From Alphaproteobacteria bacterium (GTDB lineage: Bacteria > Pseudomonadota > Alphaproteobacteria > UBA828), in NCBI GenBank assembly GCA_963422645.2, contig CAXXVO010000017.1:160001-224000 (forward strand): a stretch of 64,000 nucleotides of DNA, in the 5' to 3' direction. Within the stretch, counting starts at the first letter, position 1; the number at the start of each line of letters is the position of its first letter. Below, piece by piece: positions 1 through 10,725 of the stretch. The position numbers were made by a program, and so were the translations under genes. The notes under the pieces are model-generated. The model saw only the letters and a program-made list of their open reading frames with translations, had not been told where the DNA came from and did no database searches.

Positions 1-167
1 TCGATATCGCCGTGCAGGGGCTTCACCACGCGCCCGTCGGGCGTCTCGCACTCGAAGGAGAAGCTCCGGATTTCCGCTTCCGCCGCCTCGGCCCCAGACC
101 AAAGCATCAGCGCGGCAAGCCCCGCTGCTAGCGCTGCGAAGATGCTTATGCGCATGCGGTGCTGCAT
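1..167 (-). CDS. 5' part of a probable exported protein (runs off window start)
   Basis: Reads MQHRMRISIFAALAAGLAALMLWSGAEAAEAEIRSF...; signal-peptide-like N-terminus; open to position 1. Confidence 0.5.
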   Translation of the reverse strand, partial: MQHRMRISIFAALAAGLAALMLWSGAEAAEAEIRSFSFECETPDGRVVKPLHGDI

Positions 168-306
168 GTCCTGCACCAGCCCCTGAGCCCAATCCTGTGA
201 CCGCCTGGCACGGGTACGTGCCACCGTGGCCTGAGTATAGTACAGGGAGCGGCGGCGCAGAATCCCTGAAGGCATAGCCGCCTCGTCCGGAGAAGGAAGG
301 CCGCCG

Positions 307-726
307 ATGGAGGCCGACGAGATTATCTCCCGCTACGGGCTGACGCCTCACCCGGAAGGCGGCCACTACCGGGAGATCTTTCGCGCGCACGCGGAAGAGG
401 GCGGGCGCGGCGCGGTGACCTCCATCTACTACCTCTTGCGGGCTGGCGAGGTCTCGGCCTGGCACCGGGTCGATGCGGTGGAGATCTGGCACTACCACGC
501 TGGCGATGACCTCTGGCTCGAGCTTTCGCTCGATGGCGTGAAGACCACGAGTCACCGGCTCGGCGTCGGCGACGGTGCCTGGCCGCAGGTCGTGGTTCCT
601 GTCGGCGCCTGGCAGAGCGCGAGTCCGGAGGGTGCGTGGACCCTGGTGGGCTGTACGGTAGCGCCTGCCTTCGATTTCGCCGGCTTCGAGCTTGCCCCGC
701 CCGGCTGGCAGCCGGGTGCCGCGTGA
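307..726 (+). CDS. Cupin domain protein (DUF985/Cupin_5 type)
   Basis: HPEGGHYRE, TSIYYLL, WHRVDAVEIWHYHAG, GCTVAPAFDF motifs; GGAAGG RBS. Confidence 0.9.
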   Translation: MEADEIISRYGLTPHPEGGHYREIFRAHAEEGGRGAVTSIYYLLRAGEVSAWHRVDAVEIWHYHAGDDLWLELSLDGVKTTSHRLGVGDGAWPQVVVPVGAWQSASPEGAWTLVGCTVAPAFDFAGFELAPPGWQPGAA

Positions 727-747
727 TTCTCGTGTAGGGACGCCGGG

Positions 748-2151
748 TTAGCCCCGCTCTGCGGCGAAGGCTGCGAGCCGCTCCACGACGAAACGGAGCG
801 ACTCTTCGGTCGTTCTGCGGCTGATGATGCCGAGGCGGACCGCCTCGGGCTCGTCCGACCGAAGCGCCTCGGCCCAGGCCAGTACGCCTTCGGCCCGCAG
901 ATGCCGGACGGCGTCAGCCGCGCTGAAGGCACCGGCCCGCATCGCCGGGTGAAGGGTGCAGACGACCGGCAACGGCGTCCGGTTCACGATCTCCCACCCC
1001 GCCTCGCGTAGCAGGCGCCGCAGCGTGTCGCCCAGCGCCGCCTCCCCCTCGATCCGCTGTGTTAGCGCCGCCGGCTGGAGCACCGACGTCAGCACCCTGA
1101 GCCCGCTGTTGGCGCGTGAGCCCTGGAGGGACATGGAGGAGAACTCGTGCCGCTCAACGGGCCCGCCGGAGGCGTTGAACGCGCGCTCGACCGCCGCGCG
1201 ATGACGGCAGAGAAACATGCCGCACCCGCCCGCGCCGAGCGGCACCAGAGTCTTGTGGGGGTCGAATATCAGCGAGTCCGCGGTGTCGAGGCCGGCGAGA
1301 CAGGCCTCGCGCAGACGCGGCGAAAAGGCCGCGATGGCGCCCCACGGCGCATCCACGTGGAACCACGCGCCGTGGCGGCGGCAAGCCTCGCCGATCTCGG
1401 CCAGCGGATCGACGATCCCGGACGGCGTCGCACCGACCGAGCCGATGACCATGAAGGGCAGGTACGCGCCCGAAGCGGCGTCCGCCGCCATCGTGTCCTC
1501 CAGCGCGGCCGTGTCCATGCGCAGGTCGCCGTCCACCGGCACGGTACGGACCGACGCGGCGCCGACTAGGTTGCGCGCGTTCTTCTCAATGGAGACGTGG
1601 GTCTGGGGCGTGACGTAGAGGACAGGCCGTACTTGCAGCGGCATCGAGCCGTGGCGCCAGTACTCGTAAGGCTCCTCGCGCCCGGACGCATCTCTGCAGA
1701 GCGCCGGGTCGTAGGCGGTGCAGCGCGGGTTGCGGTGGGAAAGCCGGTCGGTGAGCGCGACGATCATGGCGGTCTGGTTCGCCTCGGTGCCGCAGGCGGT
1801 GAAGTGCCCGGCCCCGCTTTCGGGATCGATGCCGAAGGTCTCCATGATCAGGTCGACGCCGTACTGCTCGAAGGCGGCGGAGGCCGGATGCTGGCCCCTG
1901 ACCGCGACATTCGCGCCGCGGCGGTTGGTCTCGTCCATGGCGGCGATCGAGGCCGCATCGGCATCGATGCAGAAGTAACCCATGTTCAGCGGGCTGCTCA
2001 CATCGGTATCGTAGAGGTCGGCGAGCCGGCGGAAGACCTGCATGAGCCGGTCCACCGGGATATCGCCGGCGCCCGGGTCGAGGTTCTCGCGCACGAGGGT
2101 ATAGAGCGCCTCGAAGGCCGGGGCGTCGCGGGTCGCAGGCGTTTGCATCAT
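748..2151 (-). CDS. PLP-dependent group II amino-acid decarboxylase family protein
   Basis: GTEAN, GATPSGIVDPL, WFHVDAPWG and DPHK (PLP lysine) motifs. Confidence 0.85.
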   Translation of the reverse strand: MMQTPATRDAPAFEALYTLVRENLDPGAGDIPVDRLMQVFRRLADLYDTDVSSPLNMGYFCIDADAASIAAMDETNRRGANVAVRGQHPASAAFEQYGVDLIMETFGIDPESGAGHFTACGTEANQTAMIVALTDRLSHRNPRCTAYDPALCRDASGREEPYEYWRHGSMPLQVRPVLYVTPQTHVSIEKNARNLVGAASVRTVPVDGDLRMDTAALEDTMAADAASGAYLPFMVIGSVGATPSGIVDPLAEIGEACRRHGAWFHVDAPWGAIAAFSPRLREACLAGLDTADSLIFDPHKTLVPLGAGGCGMFLCRHRAAVERAFNASGGPVERHEFSSMSLQGSRANSGLRVLTSVLQPAALTQRIEGEAALGDTLRRLLREAGWEIVNRTPLPVVCTLHPAMRAGAFSAADAVRHLRAEGVLAWAEALRSDEPEAVRLGIISRRTTEESLRFVVERLAAFAAERG

Positions 2152-2238
2152 GGCAGAGGCTCCGTAGCCGCGGGCCGCTGGTGCACGCGGAACGACCCTT
2201 CTTTTGTAGCAACCAAGAGTAGACGTGAAGATTCGCGT

Positions 2239-2269
2239 TTGACATTTTCAAGCATATCTTCAATATACT
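2239..2269 (+). promoter_or_regulatory. Possible sigma70 promoter in AT-rich region upstream of mucR
   Basis: TTGACA at 2239-2244; TATACT at 2264-2269 (19-bp spacer, suboptimal). Confidence 0.35.
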
Positions 2270-2308
2270 CGCGATGACTACCCAGTCACCTATGGTAAAG
2301 ATACTGAA

Positions 2309-2800
2309 ATGAGCGATCAGACAGAAAATGCCGGCGCGGACCATGATCTGTTACGCATGACTGCAGATGTGGTGACGGCATATGTCGGCAATAATACCGT
2401 GGCACCGACCGATCTTGGGGAGGTCATTCGTACGGTCCACGCCTCGCTACGGGAGGCGCATGCCGGCGCGACCGCCGTTGCGGCGCCGCCGAAGCCCGCC
2501 GTCCCCATCAAGAAATCGATCACGCCCGACTATCTGATCTGCCTCGAGGACGGACGCGAGTTGAAGATGCTCAAGCGGCATCTCCGCACGACCTACAACA
2601 TGACCCCCGACGAATACCGGGCAAAGTGGGGCCTCGAGGCCGACTATCCGATGGTCGCGCCCAACTATGCGCGGCGGCGGTCGGAGTTTGCGAAGCAGAT
2701 CGGCCTCGGCCAGAAGCGGCGGAAGACCGAGACTTCGGAGAGCGACGTGGCTTCGGCCGAAGGCGGCGCGTCGTCTGCGGGAGGCGGCGGCACCTATTAG
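2309..2800 (+). CDS. mucR: Ros/MucR family zinc-finger transcriptional regulator
   Basis: PAVPIKKSITPDYLICLEDG...LKRHL...YRAKWGL..DYPMVAPNYA signature. Confidence 0.92.
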   Translation: MSDQTENAGADHDLLRMTADVVTAYVGNNTVAPTDLGEVIRTVHASLREAHAGATAVAAPPKPAVPIKKSITPDYLICLEDGRELKMLKRHLRTTYNMTPDEYRAKWGLEADYPMVAPNYARRRSEFAKQIGLGQKRRKTETSESDVASAEGGASSAGGGGTY

Positions 2801-2818
2801 CCCCCTCAGGGCCTCGCG

Positions 2819-3727
2819 CTAGCCCGCCTTGCCTTCCTTGCGGCCCGTGGTGGTCACGAGGAAGAGCCCGGCGAACATCAGGACCACCGCGCCCCAGATA
2901 TAGACCGACGGCGCTTCGCCGAAGAACCACATGCCGAAGCCCATGCCGGAGAGTGTCGCGATATAGTTGACGGTGGAGAAGATCACCGGGCCGGCGCGGC
3001 GAATCACCTCGAACACCAGATAGAACGACACGCAGTTGTTGGCCATCGCGCCGATCGTCGCCCCGTGGCCGATGCCGAATGAGCCGCCAAAGGCCCACCA
3101 CTCACCCGTGGCGGCCATCACGATGAGCACGTAGCCCGCCGATGCAAGCATGAGGCCGCCTGCAAGCGGCAGCGAGCCCGTCTCCGGCGGGCGCCAGCGC
3201 GCGACCAGTACGGCGTTGACCGCGTAGGAGAGCGAGGGCAGGAGGCCGAGCGCCACCCAGCCGGCCATGCCGGGCGCCGGCAGGCTCGCCTGCGGCAGCA
3301 GCACCACGAGGATGCCGGCGAGCCCCAGCAGAATGCCGCCGAAACGGAGCACATGGAAGCGATCCTGCCTGAGCGTGAGCGCCAGTGCGTAGATCATCAC
3401 CGGGACCAGCGAAAGCCCGAGAGTGAGCAGACTCGCCGGCACCTTGGCGGCAAGGTAGGCGAGCAGCATGTAGGGGAAGGAGAGGTTCAGCGCGCCGGTC
3501 GTAAGGAATATCCGCAGATGGCGGAAGTCGATGGGCGGCAGGCGGCGCAGGGCGGCAGCCATCAGCATCAGCGCCACGCCCCCGCCGAGCGATTGCCAGA
3601 ACACATAGGCCTGGAAGGGGACGCCGTCGTCCACGGCGAAGCGGTTGAGCGAGATCGCCAGCGCGAAAGAAACGCCGAGGGCGAAGAGCATTCCGATCGT
3701 GACCGGGCTCGGGCGGGCGACGGGCAT
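2819..3727 (-). CDS. DMT/EamA family transporter
   Basis: 302 aa, about 10 hydrophobic helices in two repeats. Confidence 0.85.
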   Translation of the reverse strand: MPVARPSPVTIGMLFALGVSFALAISLNRFAVDDGVPFQAYVFWQSLGGGVALMLMAAALRRLPPIDFRHLRIFLTTGALNLSFPYMLLAYLAAKVPASLLTLGLSLVPVMIYALALTLRQDRFHVLRFGGILLGLAGILVVLLPQASLPAPGMAGWVALGLLPSLSYAVNAVLVARWRPPETGSLPLAGGLMLASAGYVLIVMAATGEWWAFGGSFGIGHGATIGAMANNCVSFYLVFEVIRRAGPVIFSTVNYIATLSGMGFGMWFFGEAPSVYIWGAVVLMFAGLFLVTTTGRKEGKAG

Positions 3728-3828
3728 GAGCGGAGCCTCCCACGGATCGCGGCGGTGCCGAAGGATCGGGGCGGTCTTGGTACGTCCCGGCCCGGATGCT
3801 AGAAAAACGCGTCGTTCAGGAGGGAATC

Positions 3829-5043
3829 ATGGGCCAAACCGCCGCGGCCGCCAAGGCCGCACCGTCCCGCACAAAAGCGATGTTCCAGTGGGACGATCCC
3901 TTCCTGCTCGACGACCAGCTCAGCGAGGACGAGCGGCTGGTGCGCGACACCACCCGCGCCTACGCCCAGGAAAAGCTGATGCCACGCATCCTCGAGGCGA
4001 ACCGGCACGAGCGCTTCGACCGCGAGATCATGAACGAAATGGGCGCTCTCGGCCTCCTGGGCTCGACCATCCAGGGCTACGGTTGCGCCGGTGTCAGCTA
4101 TGTCTGCTACGGCCTTGCCGCGCGTGAGGTGGAGGCGGTCGATTCCGGCTATCGCTCGGCGATGAGCGTGCAATCGAGCCTGGTGATGTATCCCATCGAC
4201 GCCTACGGCACCGAGGCGCAGAAGCAGGAGTGGCTGCCTCGGCTCGCAAGTGGCGAGGCCGTCGGCTGTTTCGGGCTCACCGAGCCCGATTTCGGCTCCG
4301 ACCCCGGCGGCATGACGACGCGCGCACGTTCGGTCGACGGCGGATTCCTGATTTCGGGTGCAAAGAACTGGATCTCCAACTCGCCCATCGCCGATGTCTT
4401 CCTGGTCTGGGCCAAGAACGACGAGGGCACGATCCGGGGCTACCTGCTCGAGAAGGGCATGAAGGGGCTGGCGGCACCCAAGATCGAGGGCAAGTTCTCG
4501 CTGCGCGCCTCGGTCACCGGCATGATCCAGATGGACGAGGTGTTCGTGCCGGCGGAAAACGAGCTCCCCGGCGCGAGCGGGCTCCCGGGGCCCTTCCGCT
4601 GCCTCAACCGGGCCCGCTACGGCATCGGCTGGGGCGCGCTGGGTGCCGCCGAGTTCTGTTGGCGTGCCGCCCGCGACTACACGCTGGACCGGCAACAGTT
4701 CGGCCGGCCGCTCGCGGCCAACCAGCTCATCCAGAAGAAGCTCGCCGACATGCAGACCGAGATCGCCATCGGCCTGCAGGCCTGCCTGCGCGTCGGCCGG
4801 CTCTTCGACGAGGGCAGGGCCACGCCCGAGATGATCTCGCTGATCAAGCGCAACTCCTGCGGCAAGGCGCTGGAGATGGCGCGCACCGCCCGCGACATGC
4901 ACGGCGGCAACGGCATCAGCGACGAGTTTCACGTGATCCGCCACGTCATGAATCTCGAGGCGGTCAACACCTACGAGGGCACCCACGATATCCACGCCCT
5001 GATCCTCGGCCGGTCGCAGACCGGCATCCAAGCCTTCGCCTGA
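3829..5043 (+). CDS. gcdH: Glutaryl-CoA dehydrogenase (acyl-CoA dehydrogenase family)
   Basis: [14 protein letters not shown]-terminus, [30 protein letters not shown]; AGGAGG RBS before ATG 3829. Confidence 0.9.
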   Translation: MGQTAAAAKAAPSRTKAMFQWDDPFLLDDQLSEDERLVRDTTRAYAQEKLMPRILEANRHERFDREIMNEMGALGLLGSTIQGYGCAGVSYVCYGLAAREVEAVDSGYRSAMSVQSSLVMYPIDAYGTEAQKQEWLPRLASGEAVGCFGLTEPDFGSDPGGMTTRARSVDGGFLISGAKNWISNSPIADVFLVWAKNDEGTIRGYLLEKGMKGLAAPKIEGKFSLRASVTGMIQMDEVFVPAENELPGASGLPGPFRCLNRARYGIGWGALGAAEFCWRAARDYTLDRQQFGRPLAANQLIQKKLADMQTEIAIGLQACLRVGRLFDEGRATPEMISLIKRNSCGKALEMARTARDMHGGNGISDEFHVIRHVMNLEAVNTYEGTHDIHALILGRSQTGIQAFA

Positions 5044-5047
5044 CGCC

Positions 5048-6346
5048 ATGGCGCGGCACGGCGGGAAGGGGCAAGCAGCGAGGCTCCTGCTCGGCGCGAT
5101 TGCCGACGACCTCACCGGGGCCACCGACCTCTGCAACACGCTGGTAGCGGCGGGCATGCGCACGGTCCAGGTGATCGGCGTTCCCCGCCCTGAGACTGCC
5201 GCACCCGATGCCGACGCCGTCGTGGTGGCGCTCAAGTCCCGCACGGTGCCGGCCGCGAAGGCGGTGTGCGAGTCTCGCGCGGCGCTCGCCTGGCTGCAGA
5301 AGGGCGGCGCGCGTCAAATCTTCTTCAAGTACTGCTCGACCTTCGATTCCACGCCGCGCGGCAACATCGGGCCGGTGGCCGATGCGTTGCTGGACGATCT
5401 CGGCGCCGATCTCACCATCGCCTGCCCGGCCTTCCCCACCAACGGGCGCACCGTCTACAAGGGGCACCTCTTCGTCGGCGAGGTGCTGCTCGAGAACTCG
5501 GGCATGCGCAACCATCCGCTGACCCCGATGCGGGATTCCAATCTCGTGGCCGTGCTCGGCGCGCAGACGCCCCTCCCCGTGGGGCTGGTCGGGCATGAGA
5601 CCGTACGCAAGGGCACCGATGTGATCCGCCGCGCGCTCGAAGGGCTGCGCGAGACGGGCACGCGCCACGCCGTCGTCGATGCCACCGCCGATAATGACTT
5701 GATGGCGATCGGCGCGGCCTGCGCCGACTTGCCACTCGTCACCGGCGGCTCAGGTGTCGCCATGGGACTGCCGGCGAACTTCCGGGAGAGTGGCCTGCTC
5801 GGAGAGGCCGGGGAGGCGGCCACGCTGCCGGCCGCTTCCGGCTACGCGGTGGTAATCGCCGGCAGTTGCTCGCCCGCGACGCTCGGGCAGATCGAGCACA
5901 TGGCGGCTTCCTGCCCGGCGTTCTTCGTCGATGCCGAAGCGCTCGCCGCGCGCCGGCGGGTGGCGGCGGAGGCGCTGGCCTGGGCGCGTCCCCGGCTCGC
6001 CGACGGGCCGGTGCTGGTCTACGCCAGCGCCGCGCCGGCGCGAGTCAGGCGGATTCAGAAGCAGCTCGGCGCGGACAGGGCCGGCGCGATGATCGAGCGT
6101 TGCCTTGCGCGTATCGCAACCGGCCTGGTCGATGCCGGCGTCGGCCGGCTGGTGGTGGCCGGCGGCGAGACCGCAGGCGCGGTAGTGAGCGCGCTTGGGG
6201 TTCAGGCGCTCCGCATCGGGGCCGAAATCGACCCCGGCGTGCCGTGGACCATGAGTGTCGGCGAGCCCCGGCTCCATCTCGCGTTGAAATCCGGCAATTT
6301 TGGCGCACCCGATTTCTTCACCCGCGCATTCACGGTCCTGCCGTGA
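5048..6346 (+). CDS. otnK: 3-oxo-tetronate kinase (DUF1537 four-carbon acid sugar kinase)
   Basis: IADDLTGATD, KYCSTFDST..GNIG, GSCS, AGGET, LKSGNFG motifs. Confidence 0.88.
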   Translation: MARHGGKGQAARLLLGAIADDLTGATDLCNTLVAAGMRTVQVIGVPRPETAAPDADAVVVALKSRTVPAAKAVCESRAALAWLQKGGARQIFFKYCSTFDSTPRGNIGPVADALLDDLGADLTIACPAFPTNGRTVYKGHLFVGEVLLENSGMRNHPLTPMRDSNLVAVLGAQTPLPVGLVGHETVRKGTDVIRRALEGLRETGTRHAVVDATADNDLMAIGAACADLPLVTGGSGVAMGLPANFRESGLLGEAGEAATLPAASGYAVVIAGSCSPATLGQIEHMAASCPAFFVDAEALAARRRVAAEALAWARPRLADGPVLVYASAAPARVRRIQKQLGADRAGAMIERCLARIATGLVDAGVGRLVVAGGETAGAVVSALGVQALRIGAEIDPGVPWTMSVGEPRLHLALKSGNFGAPDFFTRAFTVLP

Positions 6347-6975
6347 GTGAGACCGCGCTCCGCAAACAGATTGCTTTACACGGCGAATCCCTTTTCACGC
6401 GCGGCTATGGCTGCGGCGCGTCGGGCAACATCAGCGCGCTGCTCGACGACGGCGTGCTGGTAACGCCGACCAACTCCTGCCTCGGCCGGCTCGACCCCGC
6501 GCGGATCGCGAAGCTCGGGCCTGACGGCACCCACCTCGCCGGCGATCCGCCGTCGAAGGAGGCGTTCCTGCACCAATCCATGTACCGGGCGAGGCCGGAT
6601 GCGCGCGCCATCGTGCACCTGCACAGCACGTGCTCGGTGGCGGTCTCCTGCCTCGCCGACGTCGACCCCGTCGACGTGCTGCCGCCGATCACCGCCTACT
6701 ACGTGATGCGCGTGGGCCGGCTGCCGCTCATCCCTTACTTTCGGCCAGGCGACCGCGCGCTCGCCGACGCCGTGCACGACGCAGCCCGCACGCATCATGC
6801 CGTGCTGCTGGCCAATCATGGGCCCGTGGTGGCGGGGAAAGCGCTGGATGCTGCGGTCTATGCTGCGGAAGAGCTTGAAGAGACGGCGAAGCTGCACCTG
6901 CTGCTGCGCGGCGCGCCGGTCAGGCTGCTCACCGACGAGCAGGTCGCCGAGTTGAGAGAGGTGTTCCCGACCTGA
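6343..6975 (+). CDS. otnC: 3-oxo-tetronate 4-phosphate decarboxylase (class II aldolase)
   Basis: GTG start in GTGA overlap with otnK stop; SGNIS, TPTNSCLG, PSKE..LH, HLHS, LANHGPVV. Confidence 0.85.
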   Translation: MSETALRKQIALHGESLFTRGYGCGASGNISALLDDGVLVTPTNSCLGRLDPARIAKLGPDGTHLAGDPPSKEAFLHQSMYRARPDARAIVHLHSTCSVAVSCLADVDPVDVLPPITAYYVMRVGRLPLIPYFRPGDRALADAVHDAARTHHAVLLANHGPVVAGKALDAAVYAAEELEETAKLHLLLRGAPVRLLTDEQVAELREVFPT

Positions 6976-7015
6976 GCCGGGGTGCGTGGAGGGGTGCGCG
7001 GCGCGGGCTGGCGGT

Positions 7016-7447
7016 TTACGCCGCCTCGCTCTCCTCTTCCTCCTCGTCGTCGCCCGGCACGGGGCCCGAATCCTTGCCCTTCTCGTCCTCGTCCCGGTCG
7101 ACCAGCTCGATGATCGCCATGGGCGCGGCGTCGCCGTAGCGGTGACCGGCCTTCAGCACGCGGGTGTAACCGCCCGGGCGCTCGGCATAGCAGGGCCCCA
7201 GCGTGTCGAAGAGCTTGCGCACGACCGCCTCGTCGACGAGGTAGCCCAGCGCCTGCCGACGGGCGTGGAGGTCGCCGCGCTTGCCGAGCGTGATCATGCG
7301 CTCGACGACACCGCGCAACTCCTTCGCCTTCGGCACCGTGGTCTCGATCTGCTCGTGCTTGAGCAGCGACGTCGCCATGTTGCGGAACATCGCGCGGCGG
7401 TGGCTCGACGTCCGGTTCAGCTTGCGTTGGCCATGTCGATGGCGCAT
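7016..7447 (-). CDS. rplQ: 50S ribosomal protein L17
   Basis: [23 protein letters not shown]...ERPGGYTR. Confidence 0.98.
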   Translation of the reverse strand: MRHRHGQRKLNRTSSHRRAMFRNMATSLLKHEQIETTVPKAKELRGVVERMITLGKRGDLHARRQALGYLVDEAVVRKLFDTLGPCYAERPGGYTRVLKAGHRYGDAAPMAIIELVDRDEDEKGKDSGPVPGDDEEEEESEAA

Positions 7448-7482
7448 GGCGTATCCCCCTGCGGCGTGCCTTGGGTCGGCCC

Positions 7483-8496
7483 TTAGTAGGGCTCGTCCAG
7501 CCTCTTGGCCAGCTCCTCGATGTTCTCGGGCGGCCAGTCGGAGAGCTCCATGCCGAGATAGAGGCCCATGCCGGCGAGCACGTCCTTGATCTCGTTGAGC
7601 GACTTGCGTCCGAAGTTGGGCGTCCGCAGCATTTCGGCCTCCGAATACTGCACCAGGTCGCCGATATAGATGATGTTGTCGTTCTTGAGGCAGTTTGCGG
7701 AGCGGACAGAAAGCTCCAGCTCGTCCACCTTGCGCAGCAGGTTCGGGTTGAACTCGGGCTCGACCGCTTCCTCGGCGCGCGGCAGCTCGCGCGGCTCTTC
7801 GAAGTTGATGAACATCTGAAGCTGATCCTGGAGGATCCGGGCGGCGAGCGCGGCCGAGTCTTCCGGCGACACGGTGCCGTCGGTCTCGATCCGCATCGTC
7901 AGCTTGTCGTAGTCAGTCACCTGGCCGACGCGGGTGTTCTCCACCTTGTAGGCCACCTTGCGAACCGGGCTATAGAGCGCATCCACCGGGATCAGCCCGA
8001 TCGGCGCGTCCTCGGGCCGATTCTGCGCAGCGGGGACATAGCCCTTGCCGGTCTCGACCGTGAACTCCATTTCGATTTTGGCATTCTCGTCCAGAGTGCA
8101 GATCACCACGTCCGGATCGACGATCTGAATGCCGTGACCGGCCTGGATCTGCGCCGCCGTGACCTCGCCCGGCCCGGAGGCGGTCAGCGTCATCCGCCGG
8201 GGCCCCTCGCCGTACATGCGGAGCGCCAGAAGCTTCACGTTGAGCACGATGTCGGTGATGTCCTCGCGCACGCCCTGGAGCGAGGAGAACTCGTGCAGCA
8301 CGCCGTTGATCTGCATCGACGTGACCGCGGCACCCTGCAGCGACGACAGCAGGATGCGCCTGAGCGAGTTACCGAGAGTGAGCCCGAAGCCGCGTTCCAG
8401 CGGCTCGGCCACGACACGGGCGAAGCGGGAGCCGTCTCCCTCGGGCGTCACTTCGAGCTTGTGCGGCTTGATGAGTTCCTGCCAGTTCTTCTTCAT
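7483..8496 (-). CDS. rpoA: RNA polymerase alpha subunit
   Basis: [23 protein letters not shown]; [12 protein letters not shown]; [11 protein letters not shown]. Confidence 0.99.
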   Translation of the reverse strand: MKKNWQELIKPHKLEVTPEGDGSRFARVVAEPLERGFGLTLGNSLRRILLSSLQGAAVTSMQINGVLHEFSSLQGVREDITDIVLNVKLLALRMYGEGPRRMTLTASGPGEVTAAQIQAGHGIQIVDPDVVICTLDENAKIEMEFTVETGKGYVPAAQNRPEDAPIGLIPVDALYSPVRKVAYKVENTRVGQVTDYDKLTMRIETDGTVSPEDSAALAARILQDQLQMFINFEEPRELPRAEEAVEPEFNPNLLRKVDELELSVRSANCLKNDNIIYIGDLVQYSEAEMLRTPNFGRKSLNEIKDVLAGMGLYLGMELSDWPPENIEELAKRLDEPY

Positions 8497-8577
8497 GACA
8501 CAAATTATCCCGTGTGATGGGTTGTACGCCCGTTGAATGAACGAGGTGGCGCGCCATGGCGCGCCGGAACGGTGCCG

Positions 8578-8964
8578 TCAGACGCGCCGCCGTTTCGGCG
8601 GCCGGCACCCATTGTGCGGGATCGGCGTGACGTCGCGGATTGCGGTGATCACGAAGCCCGCGCTCTGCAATGCGCGCAGTGCTGATTCACGCCCCGAGCC
8701 CGGCCCCTTGACCTCGACCTCGAGGGACTTGACGCCGTGCTCGGCGGCCTTGCGGCCGGCCTCCTCCGCCGCCATCTGAGCAGCGTAGGGGGTCGACTTG
8801 CGCGAGCCGCGAAAGCCCATGCTGCCGGCCGACGACCAGGCGATCGCGTTGCCCTGGACGTCGGTGATGGTAATCATCGTGCTGTTGAAGGTGGCGCTTA
8901 CATGGGCGATTCCGGAAGAGATGTTCTTTCGCTCGCGGCGCCGTGTGCGCGTGGGTTTCGCCAT
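8578..8964 (-). CDS. rpsK: 30S ribosomal protein S11
   Basis: [14 protein letters not shown]; [18 protein letters not shown]. Confidence 0.99.
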   Translation of the reverse strand: MAKPTRTRRRERKNISSGIAHVSATFNSTMITITDVQGNAIAWSSAGSMGFRGSRKSTPYAAQMAAEEAGRKAAEHGVKSLEVEVKGPGSGRESALRALQSAGFVITAIRDVTPIPHNGCRPPKRRRV

Positions 8965-8976
8965 CCTCGCTACCCT

Positions 8977-9345
8977 CTACTTCTTCCTGCCTGCGATCGG
9001 GCGAGCCGGCCCCTTGCGCGTGCGTGCGTTGGTGTGGGTGCGCTGGCCGCGCACCGGGAGGCCACGCCTGTGCCGGAGCCCCCGGTAGGTGCCGAGGTCC
9101 ATCAGCCGCTTGATGTTCATCGCGACCTCGCGGCGGAGGTCGCCCTCGACCACATAGCTCTGGTCGATCACCTCGCGGATGCGGATGACTTCTGCATCGC
9201 TCAGCTGGCTTACCCGCTTCTCGGCCGGCAGGCCCACCGTCTCGCGAATTTGCCGGGCCTTAGTGCGCCCGATACCGTGGATATAGGTCAACGAGATCTC
9301 GACCCGCTTATTGGTCGGGATGTTGACGCCGGCGATACGCGCCAC
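8977..9345 (-). CDS. rpsM: 30S ribosomal protein S13
   Basis: ARIAGVNIP; [26 protein letters not shown]; GTG start with GAGGAGG RBS. Confidence 0.99.
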   Translation of the reverse strand: MARIAGVNIPTNKRVEISLTYIHGIGRTKARQIRETVGLPAEKRVSQLSDAEVIRIREVIDQSYVVEGDLRREVAMNIKRLMDLGTYRGLRHRRGLPVRGQRTHTNARTRKGPARPIAGRKK

Positions 9346-9411
9346 GCTGGAGCCTCCTCGCAGGGGGAAAGGTACGCGGCGATGCTGCGGCGCGCACCCT
9401 TAACGGCGCTT

Positions 9412-9440
9412 CGATTACACCGCGCGTGCGCTCGAGTCAA
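9412..9440 (-). promoter_or_regulatory. Putative promoter of rpsM-rpsK-rpoA-rplQ
   Basis: Minus strand TTGACT-N17-TAATCG, ~65 bp upstream of rpsM. Confidence 0.5.
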
Positions 9441-9497
9441 TGGCGCGTGGCTGCTCGCGGCACCTCGGCGCCGGCCGGCTGCCGTGAGCGACAAAAC

Positions 9498-9534
9498 GCT
9501 AGAGCGTTTCCGCGTAAGACGGAAACGCTCTAGC
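9498..9534. repeat. Perfect 15-bp inverted repeat with CTAG near both ends
   Basis: GCTAGAGCGTTTCCG-cgtaaga-CGGAAACGCTCTAGC. Confidence 0.85.
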
Positions 9535-9565
9535 ATGGCGCCGCCGGCGAGGGGAGGCTCTGTCC

Positions 9566-10621
9566 ATGGCGCACTATCGAATTGCGGTGATTCCAGGCGA
9601 TGGCATCGGCAACGAGGTCATGCCCGAGGCCATGCGGGTGCTGGAGGCCGCCGGCCGGCGCTTCGATATCGGCTTCGATTGGCAGCACTTCGGCTGGAAC
9701 TGCGAGACCTACGGCAAGACCGGCCGGATGATGCCGGAGGACGGGATCGAGGTGCTGCGCCCCTTCGACGCGATCCTGCTGGGCGCGGTGGGCTTCCCAG
9801 GCGTGCCGGACCACGTATCGCTCTGGGGCCTGCTGATCCCGCTGCGCCGGGCCTTCCGCCAGTACGTCAATCTGCGCCCGATCAAGCTGCTCCGGGGCGT
9901 GACCTCGCCGCTCGCAGGCCGCACCTCGGCGGACATCGATTTCGTTATCGTGCGTGAGAACAACGAGGGCGAGTATTCCGAGATGGGCGGGCGCATCTAC
10001 GCCGGCACCGAGCAGGAGGCGGTGGTGCAGGAGAGCGTCTTCACCCGACAGGGCGTCGACCGGGTGATGCGCTACGCCTTCGAGCTCGCGCGGATCCGAC
10101 GCGGCCGCGTGGCCTCGGCGACCAAATCCAACGGCATCATCCACACCATGCCCTACTGGGACGAGCGCTTCGCGGTTCATGCTGCAGAGTTCCCGGATGT
10201 GGAGACCGACAGCTTTCATATCGACATTCTGAGCGCCCACTTCGTGCAGCATCCAGACTGGTTCGACGTGGTGGTGGGCAGCAATCTCTTCGGCGACATC
10301 CTCTCGGACCTCGGCGCCGCCGTGGCGGGCGGCATGGGCCTGGCACCGGCCGCCAACCTCAACCCGGATCGCGACCATCCCTCCATGTTCGAGCCGGTGC
10401 ACGGCTCCGCGCCCGACATCGCCGGCCGCGCCATCGCCAATCCGGTCGCCATGATCTGGACCGGCGCGATGATGGTGGACCATCTCGGCCACGGCGACGC
10501 GGCCCGCGCCATCGAGGGCGCCATCGAGACGGTGCTCGGCGAAGGCGCGCCGCTGACCCCAGATCTCGGCGGCAGCGCCAGCACGGAAGACGTGGGCAAA
10601 GCGGTGGCTGCGGCGCTTTGA
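9566..10621 (+). CDS. Tartrate dehydrogenase / D-malate dehydrogenase (decarboxylating)
   Basis: IPGDGIGNEV, DHVSLWGLL, RENNEGEYS, ATKSNGI, NLFGDILSD, FEPVHGSAPDI. Confidence 0.9.
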   Translation: MAHYRIAVIPGDGIGNEVMPEAMRVLEAAGRRFDIGFDWQHFGWNCETYGKTGRMMPEDGIEVLRPFDAILLGAVGFPGVPDHVSLWGLLIPLRRAFRQYVNLRPIKLLRGVTSPLAGRTSADIDFVIVRENNEGEYSEMGGRIYAGTEQEAVVQESVFTRQGVDRVMRYAFELARIRRGRVASATKSNGIIHTMPYWDERFAVHAAEFPDVETDSFHIDILSAHFVQHPDWFDVVVGSNLFGDILSDLGAAVAGGMGLAPAANLNPDRDHPSMFEPVHGSAPDIAGRAIANPVAMIWTGAMMVDHLGHGDAARAIEGAIETVLGEGAPLTPDLGGSASTEDVGKAVAAAL

Positions 10622-10670
10622 ATGCTGCCCCGCCCCGCGTGTCGCGGCCGGGACCGAGGCCCAATCCCGC

Positions 10671-10708
10671 TTGCGCCATGGCGCGGCGACGCCTAAGTTA
10701 CATGTAAC
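10671..10708 (+). promoter_or_regulatory. TA promoter with palindromic operator
   Basis: TTGCGC-N17-TAAGTT overlapped by perfect palindrome GTTACATGTAAC (10697-10708). Confidence 0.65.
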
Positions 10709-10725
10709 CAACGGGATGACGATCC

